Source: Bdellovibrionota bacterium
GTDB lineage: Bacteria; Bdellovibrionota_C; UBA2361; OMII01
Assembly: GCA_044345405.1 (NCBI GenBank)
Contig: JBIJBE010000008.1
Span: 36,519 to 100,518, forward strand
Reading direction: 5' to 3'
Length of the DNA stretch: 64,000 nt
A model generated the notes under the pieces. It had not been told where the DNA came from. It saw only the letters and a list, made by a program, of their open reading frames with translations, and did not search any database. Each line of letters starts with the position of its first letter. The stretch's first letter is position 1. Both the position numbers and the translations under genes were made by a program. This document shows, piece by piece, positions 49,618-59,280 of this stretch.

Positions 49618-50074
49618 AAAACCTCCCGTAGTGAGAACCATCGAAACCAAGAAAGCAACGTGCCTCCCTGGTGAGATAGCTCTTCACCAAAACCGAGATA
49701 AAACCGTGAGCTCCTTTGCGACAGGCTGGCACACCATAGCGAATGTGACAGTGGTTGCAATAGAACGGCGATTTGATTTTATGCTTTTGGTTGAAATCAC
49801 TGATCTTATTTGGAACGACTTGAAAGTGTAGCAGTGCGTTACGGTTTATCTATTTGAATTTGTTAACTCCTTAGTTCGTAAAACGCCCCGTGCGCATCAG
49901 ACTTACGTAGCCGTGGATCTGTCGAGAATACGCCGTTCTGAAACGGGTCGTTTCGAGAACGCCAAGATGTTGGTTCGAGTCCGCGGAGCGTGCCGAGGGA
50001 AAAGGGGGTGGCGCCTCAAAAAGTCCTTCGGTACGAATGAATTATCGACAGTTTAGTTTGAGAGCAGTGTAGCC

Positions 50075-52357
50075 GTGGATTCACTTGGTTTTTTTGACCT
50101 CATCATTTGGCTCATCGTCATTCAGTCGTTGAGCTTCGCGGTTCTTCCGTTCACGGCATGGATCGCTCCGAACGCTCCCGATAGGGGATACTCCCTCTCC
50201 AAGGTCACAGGATTTTTTCTCTTCGCGTCGACCTGTTGGATTCTCACCGTGTGCGGACTCATCACGGAGAGCGAATCCATCATAAAGGTTGTCTACGTCG
50301 TGATTCTCGCGCTGGGGTGGTGGGGCTATAAAAATCTCTTCTCGGTGCGCGAGCTCCGAGGGCTTCTCAGAAAATACGGGTGGAGCGTTGAGGGTATCTT
50401 TTTGGGTCTTACCTTCTTCTACCTCGGTATTCGATTCCTCAATCCCGAGATCTTTTGGGGTGAGAAGCCGATGGACCTAACCTTCCTCGGTTTCTTTGTG
50501 CGCAACCACGAACTTCCGCCGCAGGATCCATGGGCAGCTGGAAATCCGATGAGTTACTACTATGTCGGTATATATTTTGTGGCGTCGGTTCTTAAGCTGA
50601 CCGGCATTCCTGTTCCGATTGGCTATAACATCGCGATCTCAATGGTCGCTGGATGGATTGCGGTATCTCTGTATGGACTCTTCCTTCTCATAACTGGACG
50701 GGTCTGGTTCGCGGTCGCGGCATCAGTTCTCCTGCTCTTCGCGAATGATCCAGAGCTTCTTCGGCTCGTTTTCTTTGAGGGAAAGATCGTCGACTTTAAT
50801 ACCTTTTGGGCGGCGACCCGTGTCTTTGTGACGCCTGGCTTCTTTGAGTATACCTCGTGGTCTTTGCTCTTCGCGGACCTTCACGCGCATGTTATCGCGA
50901 TCCCTTTCACGATCGTTGTTACCACGCTCGCGACCCTTCTCTTCTTGGGAACAGGTGAGCGATTCACAGTTCACGGGGCCGCTCTGAGAATTCTACTTGG
51001 CGCGATGCATGGCTCTCTCTTCGGTATCAACACCTGGGACTTCATCACATTCGGTGGTGTTGTTGGTCTTCTTATCCTCTTCGCTCGGGTTAAACCGTTC
51101 TGGGAAGCTCCCAAGAATGGGGACGGAAGCGATAATATCGGAGAGGTGGTACTTGTAACCGTATTTACCCGTTTCATCGCGCTAGCCTGGGATGTTCTCC
51201 TCATTGGCGCGAGCGCCGGCGCTATGGCGTGGCTTTACCAACGAGGCGTGAGCTTCAAGCAGGTAGCTGGATGGGGATGGGTCTATGACCGTGAGTTTAA
51301 CAAGACTCATATGTTCATTCGAACACTTGGTTACTGGATGATTCCTACGGTGATCTGTCTCGCGGTTCTCGGCGCTCGAAAAGTTCGTGTATTGCGAGAG
51401 CGCGCAGTTCTTGGCTTCGTGGCGTCCGTTGGTGTAGCGGCGCTCGCCGCGCTTCCGTACCTCGCGAGTCTCGCGCAAGGTATTCATCGCCAGCCGATCG
51501 GGCTCATGGTGTACTGCGCCCTTGTGGTCGGAGCGGCTTACTTTGTTCTCTGGTCGTGCAAAGAAACCCCTGAGCGCCGAATCTCCGCGCTCTTTGTCGT
51601 GATGCCGGCCGTCCTCATGATGATCGTGGAGCTATTCTTCCTGATTGATCGAATGAACACGATCTTTAAGGGATATATGGCGGTGTGGATTCTGAGCGGT
51701 ATCTCTACGATGCTGCTCATCTACTTCGTTGGGCTACAGGTTTGGCAGGTGGGCGGAAAGAAAGTACGGTATACCTTTGTAAGCTTGCTGGCGTTTTTTG
51801 TTTCACTCCAGATTGTGGGGGCCGCACTGAATATCTACGCGACGGTTACGCTTCAGCGAGTTCCGGTTCGATTTTATACCCTCAATGGAACCGCGTTCCT
51901 TCCCGAGATGCCGCAAGCTCGCGAGGACGCTCAGGTAGTTGCTTGGCTCAACACGAATGTCTCTGGAATGGCGACGATTCTTGAGGCGCATGGGGACGCG
52001 TACCGAGAGTTTACTCGAATCTCCATGAATACCGGGCTTCCAACAGTCCTCGGATGGGAGCACCACATCAAGCAGCGAGGCTTAACGGAGCGAGCGCTGC
52101 TTGAGCGAAAGAGAGCTATTCGGGCTATCTACTCCAGCGACGACCTCGCGCTCACCAAGGACCTTCTCGCTAAGTACAACATCGATTACATCGTCATTGG
52201 ACAGTTGGAGCGGAGCAATAATCGGCCGTTCTATCCTGAGAAGTTCGATGATCATCCAGAGCTCTTCACAAAGGTAGCGAGTTTCGGCAACACGCATATC
52301 TACGTAACCTATTTTTCTAAATTCAATCCCAACTACAAGGGTGGTTCGAAATCATGA
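50075..52357 (+). CDS. DUF2298 / Chlor_Arch_YYY-family integral membrane protein (putative GT-C fold), copy 1
   Basis: GEKPMD, PPQDPW, SYYYVG, ADLHAH, NTWDF, RMNTIFK, TGLPTVLGWEHH. Confidence 0.85.
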   Translation: MDSLGFFDLIIWLIVIQSLSFAVLPFTAWIAPNAPDRGYSLSKVTGFFLFASTCWILTVCGLITESESIIKVVYVVILALGWWGYKNLFSVRELRGLLRKYGWSVEGIFLGLTFFYLGIRFLNPEIFWGEKPMDLTFLGFFVRNHELPPQDPWAAGNPMSYYYVGIYFVASVLKLTGIPVPIGYNIAISMVAGWIAVSLYGLFLLITGRVWFAVAASVLLLFANDPELLRLVFFEGKIVDFNTFWAATRVFVTPGFFEYTSWSLLFADLHAHVIAIPFTIVVTTLATLLFLGTGERFTVHGAALRILLGAMHGSLFGINTWDFITFGGVVGLLILFARVKPFWEAPKNGDGSDNIGEVVLVTVFTRFIALAWDVLLIGASAGAMAWLYQRGVSFKQVAGWGWVYDREFNKTHMFIRTLGYWMIPTVICLAVLGARKVRVLRERAVLGFVASVGVAALAALPYLASLAQGIHRQPIGLMVYCALVVGAAYFVLWSCKETPERRISALFVVMPAVLMMIVELFFLIDRMNTIFKGYMAVWILSGISTMLLIYFVGLQVWQVGGKKVRYTFVSLLAFFVSLQIVGAALNIYATVTLQRVPVRFYTLNGTAFLPEMPQAREDAQVVAWLNTNVSGMATILEAHGDAYREFTRISMNTGLPTVLGWEHHIKQRGLTERALLERKRAIRAIYSSDDLALTKDLLAKYNIDYIVIGQLERSNNRPFYPEKFDDHPELFTKVASFGNTHIYVTYFSKFNPNYKGGSKS

Positions 52358-54681
52358 CACTTTTACTTCTTGTCGCTCTCCTTACGGTGGTGGGCACTGC
52401 TATCGCCGCGCCTCTTTTTGAGTTTGTCTTTGGCACTTTGCTGTTGATTCCGGTCGGGAGATATCTCCTTGGATGGTGTCTCTTGCAAGCGGGTTACGAC
52501 GCGTCAAGTGGCATCGTATCAGCATCGCTCTACCTGATCTCTTTTGGCGCTGTCGCCGCATTCGCGTACAAGGTTTTCGGCAAACGCGCTGGTCGTGTCG
52601 AGAAGAGCGACTTCTATCCGATCGTATTCTTCGGCGTGGCGTTCTGTATCGCTTACGGGATGTGCATGTTGTGGCCGGACTTCATCGACCTTGGGGAGAG
52701 GCTTCGAGACTACTCCATGCTCGCTTCTTCTATCGATTCGCCGGTGACGCCGAAGGAGCCGTGGATGGAGGGCATCAAGCTCAATTACTACGTGTATTGG
52801 TACCGGTTCGGTAACCTTTTGAGCACCGTCCTTGGTATGCAGACCTGGGAAGCTTACCACGCGTTGGTTTCGCTCTCGATCTCACTCTACGCCGCCGTGA
52901 TATTCCAGATCGTTCGCGTCATTCTCCGTGGCGGAGTTGGTGTCGCCACCTTGGCCGGCTTGTGTATCCCATTTGGAGCGAACGTCGCTGGCGTTCTGTT
53001 CGTAAAGCGCAAGGAACAAGGATTTGGATGGGAGCCTGATAACGGATGGTGGGGGCCATCGCGCGTTCTCCAGGGCGCTATCGATGAATTCCCATCATGG
53101 TCATTTGTGCTTGGAGACGCGCATCCTCACTTTCTCAATATCGCGGCCCTGCCGTTCTTTGTTCTCATTTTGTATCGGATCGTTACGAGCGGTACACGTC
53201 CTCTCTTTAGGTTCTCTCAAGCTACGCTCTTCGTTATCGGTGCAGCCCTCTTCCTCAAGGCGAGCAACGCGTGGGAGGTGCCCATGTGGATCGGAACGGT
53301 CGCGTGCGTCGCGGTGCTTGGCTTCTTTTTCTTCTTCGAGCGGCGAACTTTTGGTGACTCCCCCGGTGTGATGAGTTTAAAGCCATTTGAGATCGTAAAG
53401 GCGGGCCTTGGATTCGTGGTTCTGCTCGCGTCCCTCTGGGCCGTGTTTAGATATCACGATCCGGAGAGTCCGTTGGTTAGCGTCGTTGTGTTCGTTGTTG
53501 GAGCTGGATTTTTCGCATTGAGCTTCCCGCGTGTCGCATTGCCAGCGGGCATGGGGTCTCAGGTCGCGAAGATTCGACCGAATTGGATGTGGGTCGCCTT
53601 CTGGGGAATCCTTTTCGCTACGCTGTGGGTCTCTGGTCGACATATCGTGCCACCGGAAAATATACCGGCGCGGCTTGTTCGACAACCAACGCAGGTAACA
53701 ACAACGGCTGAGCTTTTCATGCATTGGGGAATTCAGTTGAGCTTCCTCGCGGTCGGCTCGCTCCTTCTGTTACGTCTTTCGACACAGACCGTTGTCTTGT
53801 TCGGCTTTCTTGGGCTCTCTCTTCTCTACGATAAGGCAGCTCTCTTCATCTACTGTGTGGTGGCGTTGCAGGTAGTGCGGTGTATCGCCGATAAGGAGAG
53901 CTCAAAAGAGTCGCAATGGGGTAGGGTGTTCGAGGATGGGCTTATTGTGGCCGGCCTCGTACTGATCCTTACTCCGGAGATCGTCTTCCTTGATGACTCA
54001 TACGGTCCTGAGATCGATCGTATGAACACTATCTTCAAGCTCTACACTACAGCCTGGGGCCTCTTAGGTCTGGGAGCGGTGAGTGTAATGCTCCGTTCGA
54101 TGAAGAAATATGAACACCTCGTAGCTGACTATGGTAGGGCGTTCCCTATCGCGGTTGGAGGGGTGATCGCTGTTGGTTTGTTCTACAGCTTTAGCAAATT
54201 CTACTTCCACATCGTTCCTATGCGAATGAACGGAACGCTTGATCCAACCTTTGAAGCCAGACTGGAGGGGCTCGGGGAGGCAAATCGGTGGCACCGGGGT
54301 TCCGCTGACGTTATTAGGGCTTTGCGGAAGCTTCCAAAGGGGCGCGTTCTTGAGGCACAGGGACGCGCTTACAGCTATACCGGCTTCGTGTCGACCCTGG
54401 CGTCTCAACCGTGTTATCTCGGATGGGCTAACCACATCAACCTTCTTAACAAGGTGTATGGTGAAGTGAGTCGTCGAGAGTCAGTCACCAAGGAGTTCTA
54501 TAATGAGAACGATTGCGCGGCTCGAAAGGAGATCGCGCGACGAGAGAAGATACGGTACGTCGTTGTCGGTACGCTTGAGGAGAAGGCGTATCCGGGGGCT
54601 GGCGCTAAAGATTACTCGTGCTTCGCCCCGGTCATTAAGAGTGGAGATTACTGGCTCTACCAGATTCCGCTCACCGATTAG
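52354..54681 (+). CDS. DUF2298 / Chlor_Arch_YYY-family integral membrane protein, copy 2
   Basis: GERLRD, PKEPW, NYYVYW, DEFPSWSFVLGDAHPH, RMNTIFKLY; ATGA overlap with copy 1. Confidence 0.83.
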   Translation: MTLLLLVALLTVVGTAIAAPLFEFVFGTLLLIPVGRYLLGWCLLQAGYDASSGIVSASLYLISFGAVAAFAYKVFGKRAGRVEKSDFYPIVFFGVAFCIAYGMCMLWPDFIDLGERLRDYSMLASSIDSPVTPKEPWMEGIKLNYYVYWYRFGNLLSTVLGMQTWEAYHALVSLSISLYAAVIFQIVRVILRGGVGVATLAGLCIPFGANVAGVLFVKRKEQGFGWEPDNGWWGPSRVLQGAIDEFPSWSFVLGDAHPHFLNIAALPFFVLILYRIVTSGTRPLFRFSQATLFVIGAALFLKASNAWEVPMWIGTVACVAVLGFFFFFERRTFGDSPGVMSLKPFEIVKAGLGFVVLLASLWAVFRYHDPESPLVSVVVFVVGAGFFALSFPRVALPAGMGSQVAKIRPNWMWVAFWGILFATLWVSGRHIVPPENIPARLVRQPTQVTTTAELFMHWGIQLSFLAVGSLLLLRLSTQTVVLFGFLGLSLLYDKAALFIYCVVALQVVRCIADKESSKESQWGRVFEDGLIVAGLVLILTPEIVFLDDSYGPEIDRMNTIFKLYTTAWGLLGLGAVSVMLRSMKKYEHLVADYGRAFPIAVGGVIAVGLFYSFSKFYFHIVPMRMNGTLDPTFEARLEGLGEANRWHRGSADVIRALRKLPKGRVLEAQGRAYSYTGFVSTLASQPCYLGWANHINLLNKVYGEVSRRESVTKEFYNENDCAARKEIARREKIRYVVVGTLEEKAYPGAGAKDYSCFAPVIKSGDYWLYQIPLTD

Positions 54682-54803
54682 GTTACGGACCGCACTCGCA
54701 AACGATAAAAAGAGCCTATATTCAGTTGGTTAGGGTCGCGCATTACCTTTGGTACAGGTTCTTTCATATAAAGACACATGTGATTCGGGGGTCTCCATAA
54801 CGC

Positions 54804-55700
54804 ATGGGTATGGAGAGGCCTCGCCACCAATCGCCACTCGCTGACCTTTGTCGCCCGTCGTCTACGTCGGTGGGAGATTCCTGGCCGAAGAACGCCTGTC
54901 TGCCAGATCGTTCACGTGATAGGCCACTCCTACGAGCCGACGCCGACATCGCTGTTGAAGCGACTCCCTTGGAGTTGCGATCGATCATGGATCGAGTGGC
55001 CCTGATCGCCGCCAAGTGGACGTGTGGAGACATCGTGTTTCCATTAAGCGTGAGCGGCCCCTCAGTGATCGCTTTGGCAGCCGAGTGGAGACAACAAGGC
55101 GCTCTCAGTGTGGCTAGAAACTCGCTCGGTGAGTTCCTGATAAAGTCGGAGAGGGCGCCTGGATCCGCGGCAGGGCATTTTGCAATCGTGTCTCGACACC
55201 ATGTTCCCTTGGTCGCGGGAATTTACACCGATAGACCCCTAGAGCGAGAATGGCCATTCGCGTGGCGTGATTACGGCGATTGCCAGGATAAACGAGTTCT
55301 TGATCACTGTTGTGGAGGCGGATCCAAAGTTGCCGCGCTCAGGGAACGTGGGATAGATGCCCACGGTGTTGATGTTTGCAATTTTGGGCCGAACACACCA
55401 GCCTTTCTCCATTACGGTCGAGCTGAGCGACTCCCCTTTGTTGATGGCGCGTTCGACCGAGTTGAAAGTCGAATGGGGACGCTTGTTTTGAGCCAAGATC
55501 ACAAGCACGTTTGTCGTGAGGCGTTTGCGGAGATGATACGGGTTACCGCCGATGGAGGGACGATCCGAATCGTGCCAGTAAATGAGCGACTTTTGCGGGA
55601 CTTGGTGGCTGAACGACGGGACGTTTTCTTCAAAGAGCACACGCTAGCTGATTACGGTGTGTTTGAGTTGGTTGTTCGTCGAAATTCGGCCCATAGCTAA
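54804..55700 (+). CDS. class I SAM-dependent methyltransferase
   Basis: VLDHCCGGG, HGVD, AERLPFVDGAFD, EMIRVTADGG; start uncertain. Confidence 0.75.
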   Translation: MGMERPRHQSPLADLCRPSSTSVGDSWPKNACLPDRSRDRPLLRADADIAVEATPLELRSIMDRVALIAAKWTCGDIVFPLSVSGPSVIALAAEWRQQGALSVARNSLGEFLIKSERAPGSAAGHFAIVSRHHVPLVAGIYTDRPLEREWPFAWRDYGDCQDKRVLDHCCGGGSKVAALRERGIDAHGVDVCNFGPNTPAFLHYGRAERLPFVDGAFDRVESRMGTLVLSQDHKHVCREAFAEMIRVTADGGTIRIVPVNERLLRDLVAERRDVFFKEHTLADYGVFELVVRRNSAHS

Positions 55701-55702
55701 AG

Positions 55703-55738
55703 AAAAAGGGCGTCGTGGCGCACTGCCCCGACGCCCTT
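55703..55738 (-). terminator. rho-independent terminator of the GT2 operon
   Basis: AAGGGCGTCG ... CGACGCCCTT with a T-run on the minus strand. Confidence 0.75.
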
Positions 55739-55765
55739 ATCACTAAGGCTCTCTCGTGAAAGCTC

Positions 55766-57796
55766 TTACTGTTTAAACCGACTCCGATCTTTCGCCATCA
55801 GGAGCGTGGTATACGTGAATCCTGAAGGACTCCACGGATAATGATTGATCGAATATCGTAGGAACTTCTTCAGGGTCATCTGTTTAAATTCGGGAACCCA
55901 CCATCCACGTAAGTTCACTTTCCGAGCGGTATATCCCTCTGGGATATCCCCGGGCTCGCGTTGGTCTTTCCAGTCGATGAAGAGGTAGGTGAAATTGCTA
56001 CGCTCCTCCGGCTTCGCGGTGAACTTGTATTCCTCCTTCAGATGTCGGAAGTACCACGCGAGTGGCCAGGTCGCCTCGCCGGTTGCGAATACCATAGGCT
56101 TGTAGCCATGCCGCTGGTTTTTAACGTCATCGATAATACCGAGAACGATCTCTTGTAGCTCATCCGTAGTATGAACCTGCGAGAGGTATTCCGTCTCACG
56201 TCCGGCGTAGAGGAAGTTCGTCTGCACGGACGCTCGCAGGGAAAACAACATCGTCCCGATGACGATCCACCTTCCAACATTGAACCTTCCGAGGTATCGA
56301 CCGTAGTGATCGAACAGGGCGATTAGAATGAGGAGCGCTCCAGTGCACAGGAAGAGGATGTCCTCGTTGGTCTTTGGGTCGTTAGGTTTGCGCTCGACGA
56401 TGAAGATGAGCCCCAACACGGCGAGCGTAGAACCCCCGTAGAGTAACGCGCGCTTGACAGGGTAGTGCTTATAGTCGATCGGGTACTTCTTGAAGTAATC
56501 CTGATAGAAGAGTGTAAGATATGGCAACATGAATACCAGCGGATATACCGAGAGCCACGGCACCTTCTCGCCGAGGTAGCTGTACACGAAGAACGTTGCT
56601 GTTCCGAAATATCCGGTCGCGGCGAGTCCGTCCTCACGTTTCAGAAGGTGATGAATGGTCACAAGTGGCGAGTGGCAGAGAAGGACAAGTAGTCCCACGA
56701 TATCCAGGTTATCTTTGAGTTTGAATGGCTTCCACAGAGCGTTCTTCTCAATCGTCGTTGGGTCTGTGATAACACACGCCAGGACAATGAGAGCGACGAC
56801 AAAGAGTCCCGCGTATCGTATTTCACTCGTGGTCCGTCGGTAAAAGAGAACAAGGTGAGTTAAAAAAGCTACGAAAACAGGGAGCTCGTACCATCCAAGG
56901 ACATAGATGTGGAAATTGAACGGCCCCTTAATACGCTCCATGGCGTGGTGAGCGGACCAGTATTCATAGGCCTTCCATCCAAGACCGTCCTTGATGCCTT
57001 GGAAGTACCGGAAGCCAGCGCCGTAGAACCACGCGTAGATGTACGCGCACATCACGATCGATATGGCGACATTCCATGGATTGTTTTTTATGTAGTTCCA
57101 GATTCGCTCGGCGAGCGTGTTCCACTCTTTGAGGACGAAGATCTTAAAGAACGCCTCGAAGATGATATAGCCGAAGAGGACCGCAAGCGAAACGATGGCG
57201 CTCTCCTTGGTGCACCATTGAATTGTGATGCCGAATAGCACAAAGAACGCCCGCCAAGGGTTGGAGGCGATGGTGAATCCGATCAGGGTGAAGACGATAC
57301 CCGCCATTACCCAAGAATCCTCTCGAAGGAATCGGGCCCAGTACGCGAGGGTTGGTGAAAGCGCTACGGCGGCTGTGAGAATCAGAACAGAGGACTTCAG
57401 GAAATAGCGCCGGAATAAAAACGGCAGGACCATGAAGAGGGAGCCCATGATGCAGGTAGGCGTGCGAGCCGCCCACAAAGAGTCACCAAACCAGGCGTAG
57501 ATGAATCGCATGCTATTGTAGAGCATGGGGCCGTGAAGCATCGGGTCGTACTTGTAGTAGTTGGCGTCTGGAAAGTCATAGAAGTACCTTCCGTACATGC
57601 CGTGCAGCGACTCATCGTGATGGTAGGGACGCGCGTCGAGAAGGGTCCAGCGAAGGATGAGTCCCACCACGATAATGATTCCGTAGGCGAGCCATTGTGA
57701 TGCTGTGAAGAAGGATTTCCAACATTCCTGCTTCTGGCAATCAGTCGCGCATGCCTCTGACGTTACCTCTTTCTGTGTCATACGTAGCTCCATCAT
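55766..57796 (-). CDS. TIGR03663/Agl23-like GT-C (GT39/PMT-like) membrane protein
   Basis: RPYHHDESLH, YKYDPMLHGP, ARFLRED, TKE, YSYLGEKVPWL, WPLAWYFR, LRGWW. Confidence 0.82.
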   Translation of the reverse strand: MMELRMTQKEVTSEACATDCQKQECWKSFFTASQWLAYGIIIVVGLILRWTLLDARPYHHDESLHGMYGRYFYDFPDANYYKYDPMLHGPMLYNSMRFIYAWFGDSLWAARTPTCIMGSLFMVLPFLFRRYFLKSSVLILTAAVALSPTLAYWARFLREDSWVMAGIVFTLIGFTIASNPWRAFFVLFGITIQWCTKESAIVSLAVLFGYIIFEAFFKIFVLKEWNTLAERIWNYIKNNPWNVAISIVMCAYIYAWFYGAGFRYFQGIKDGLGWKAYEYWSAHHAMERIKGPFNFHIYVLGWYELPVFVAFLTHLVLFYRRTTSEIRYAGLFVVALIVLACVITDPTTIEKNALWKPFKLKDNLDIVGLLVLLCHSPLVTIHHLLKREDGLAATGYFGTATFFVYSYLGEKVPWLSVYPLVFMLPYLTLFYQDYFKKYPIDYKHYPVKRALLYGGSTLAVLGLIFIVERKPNDPKTNEDILFLCTGALLILIALFDHYGRYLGRFNVGRWIVIGTMLFSLRASVQTNFLYAGRETEYLSQVHTTDELQEIVLGIIDDVKNQRHGYKPMVFATGEATWPLAWYFRHLKEEYKFTAKPEERSNFTYLFIDWKDQREPGDIPEGYTARKVNLRGWWVPEFKQMTLKKFLRYSINHYPWSPSGFTYTTLLMAKDRSRFKQ

Positions 57797-57875
57797 CGGT
57801 TTGCTTTCAAGCGCACACCGACGTACTTATACAAGGTGAGCGCCACCTTCGCCTTCGCGAAAGGGGGCTCTCACG

Positions 57876-59246
57876 TTACTCTGATACCGCTTGTCCCACG
57901 ATTCGTCCCAACGATTCCGTTTCTCCTTGGACCGAGGGCACGCTCGCGATAATCTCGCGCGCGACCTTGCGTCCGTACCGAACGGCGTAATTCGTTCCTC
58001 TATCTTCCGGATAGATCTGAGCCATCGTGTTCAACCACAGCGACTTGATCGGGGTCTGGAAGTCAGGGATGTTCTTCGAATAGTGCTTAGTGATAACTGG
58101 TTGGCTGTAGCGAGCTTTCCAGACGTGGAAGCCGTTTACCCAGGAGCGATTGAAATCAGGGAAGATTCGCTGAATGAACGGCTCGCAATACTCATAGGTC
58201 TCCTCCGCGGTCATCGCGAAAAGAGGCTCGGTTGTTGGGAGGTACTTGGAGAGGTACACGATGTGTTCCCCGTTGTAGTTCTCTTTCGCGTCGAGGTTCG
58301 TGTGTTCGATGATTCCAACGAATGGGAACGAAGGATCGGCGACGTTGAGCCAATAGGTGCTTGAGAGTGAACGGTTAAGCCGCAATACCAGGCAGGTATT
58401 CCCGAGGAACCGGATCTGTTGGCACTTATCGACATATGACGCCGGTAGTCCAGGGGTCATCTCTAGGAATTGAGGAAGCGGCGCGGTACAGAGAACGATG
58501 TCAGCCGCGTGGCGCCCCGCCGATGTGTCGACTCCCACAGCGCGACCATTGTCTACCACGATCGATTTCACAGTGGTCGAGGTCTTGATGGTAACTCCCT
58601 CTCGCTCAAGCGCGGAGCGAATTCCCTCGCTAAGGGCTCCAAAGCTGCCACCAAAGTAGACGAGACTTTCGCCCCCCTTGTTATTACGACTTGAGCCCCG
58701 CAACTTAAGTTTGTTCCAGATCCAAACCGCTGACACATTTTTAGCCTCGGCTCCGAACTTGCCCTGCATGAGCGGAGACCACATAACGTCGTAGGCTTTC
58801 TTGCCACCATACTTAATGAGCCAATCCTCAGCGGAGATGTCCTCAAGCTCCCGCCATGAGTTAATTCGTCGCGCGATGAGCGCCATAAAGCCGGTCCGAA
58901 CACGGTCAAGAAGGGGGATCGCGCGGAATTTTAAAAGATCGAGCGGGCTGGCGAGCCGAAAAATTGAGTTCGCGTAGTAGAGACCTGTGTTGGAGGATAC
59001 GTATCGTTTGAGGTGCGAAAGCCCGAGCTCATCAATTAGATTCAACACATCAACGTCAGAGGTGAACCAATGGTGGTAGAACTTCTCGACGCGAGTTCCA
59101 GGGGTAAGCTCGAAGGTGCCCGCTAGCCCACCGATATCAGCGTCGTGCTCAAAGATTGTCACGTCAAAGCCCGCCTTGCTGAGATCATACGCCGCGGAGA
59201 GTCCTGTGAATCCTCCGCCAACTATCGCGATTCTGGGTTTAGTCAT
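57876..59246 (-). CDS. FAD-dependent oxidoreductase (amine oxidase/protoporphyrinogen oxidase-like family)
   Basis: IVGGGFTGL, IGGLAG, EKFYHHWF, YWLNV.D..FPF.GIIEHTN, QIYPEDRGTNYAV. Confidence 0.88.
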   Translation of the reverse strand: MTKPRIAIVGGGFTGLSAAYDLSKAGFDVTIFEHDADIGGLAGTFELTPGTRVEKFYHHWFTSDVDVLNLIDELGLSHLKRYVSSNTGLYYANSIFRLASPLDLLKFRAIPLLDRVRTGFMALIARRINSWRELEDISAEDWLIKYGGKKAYDVMWSPLMQGKFGAEAKNVSAVWIWNKLKLRGSSRNNKGGESLVYFGGSFGALSEGIRSALEREGVTIKTSTTVKSIVVDNGRAVGVDTSAGRHAADIVLCTAPLPQFLEMTPGLPASYVDKCQQIRFLGNTCLVLRLNRSLSSTYWLNVADPSFPFVGIIEHTNLDAKENYNGEHIVYLSKYLPTTEPLFAMTAEETYEYCEPFIQRIFPDFNRSWVNGFHVWKARYSQPVITKHYSKNIPDFQTPIKSLWLNTMAQIYPEDRGTNYAVRYGRKVAREIIASVPSVQGETESLGRIVGQAVSE

Positions 59247-59280
59247 GACTGCCTCTTGTTCTGAAATGATTTCTATCTAG

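Noticed and set aside
49727-49760. sigma-54-like TGGCACACCATAGC and CRP-like TGTGA-N6-TTGCA
   Set aside because: Wrong spacing and a weak half-site, respectively.
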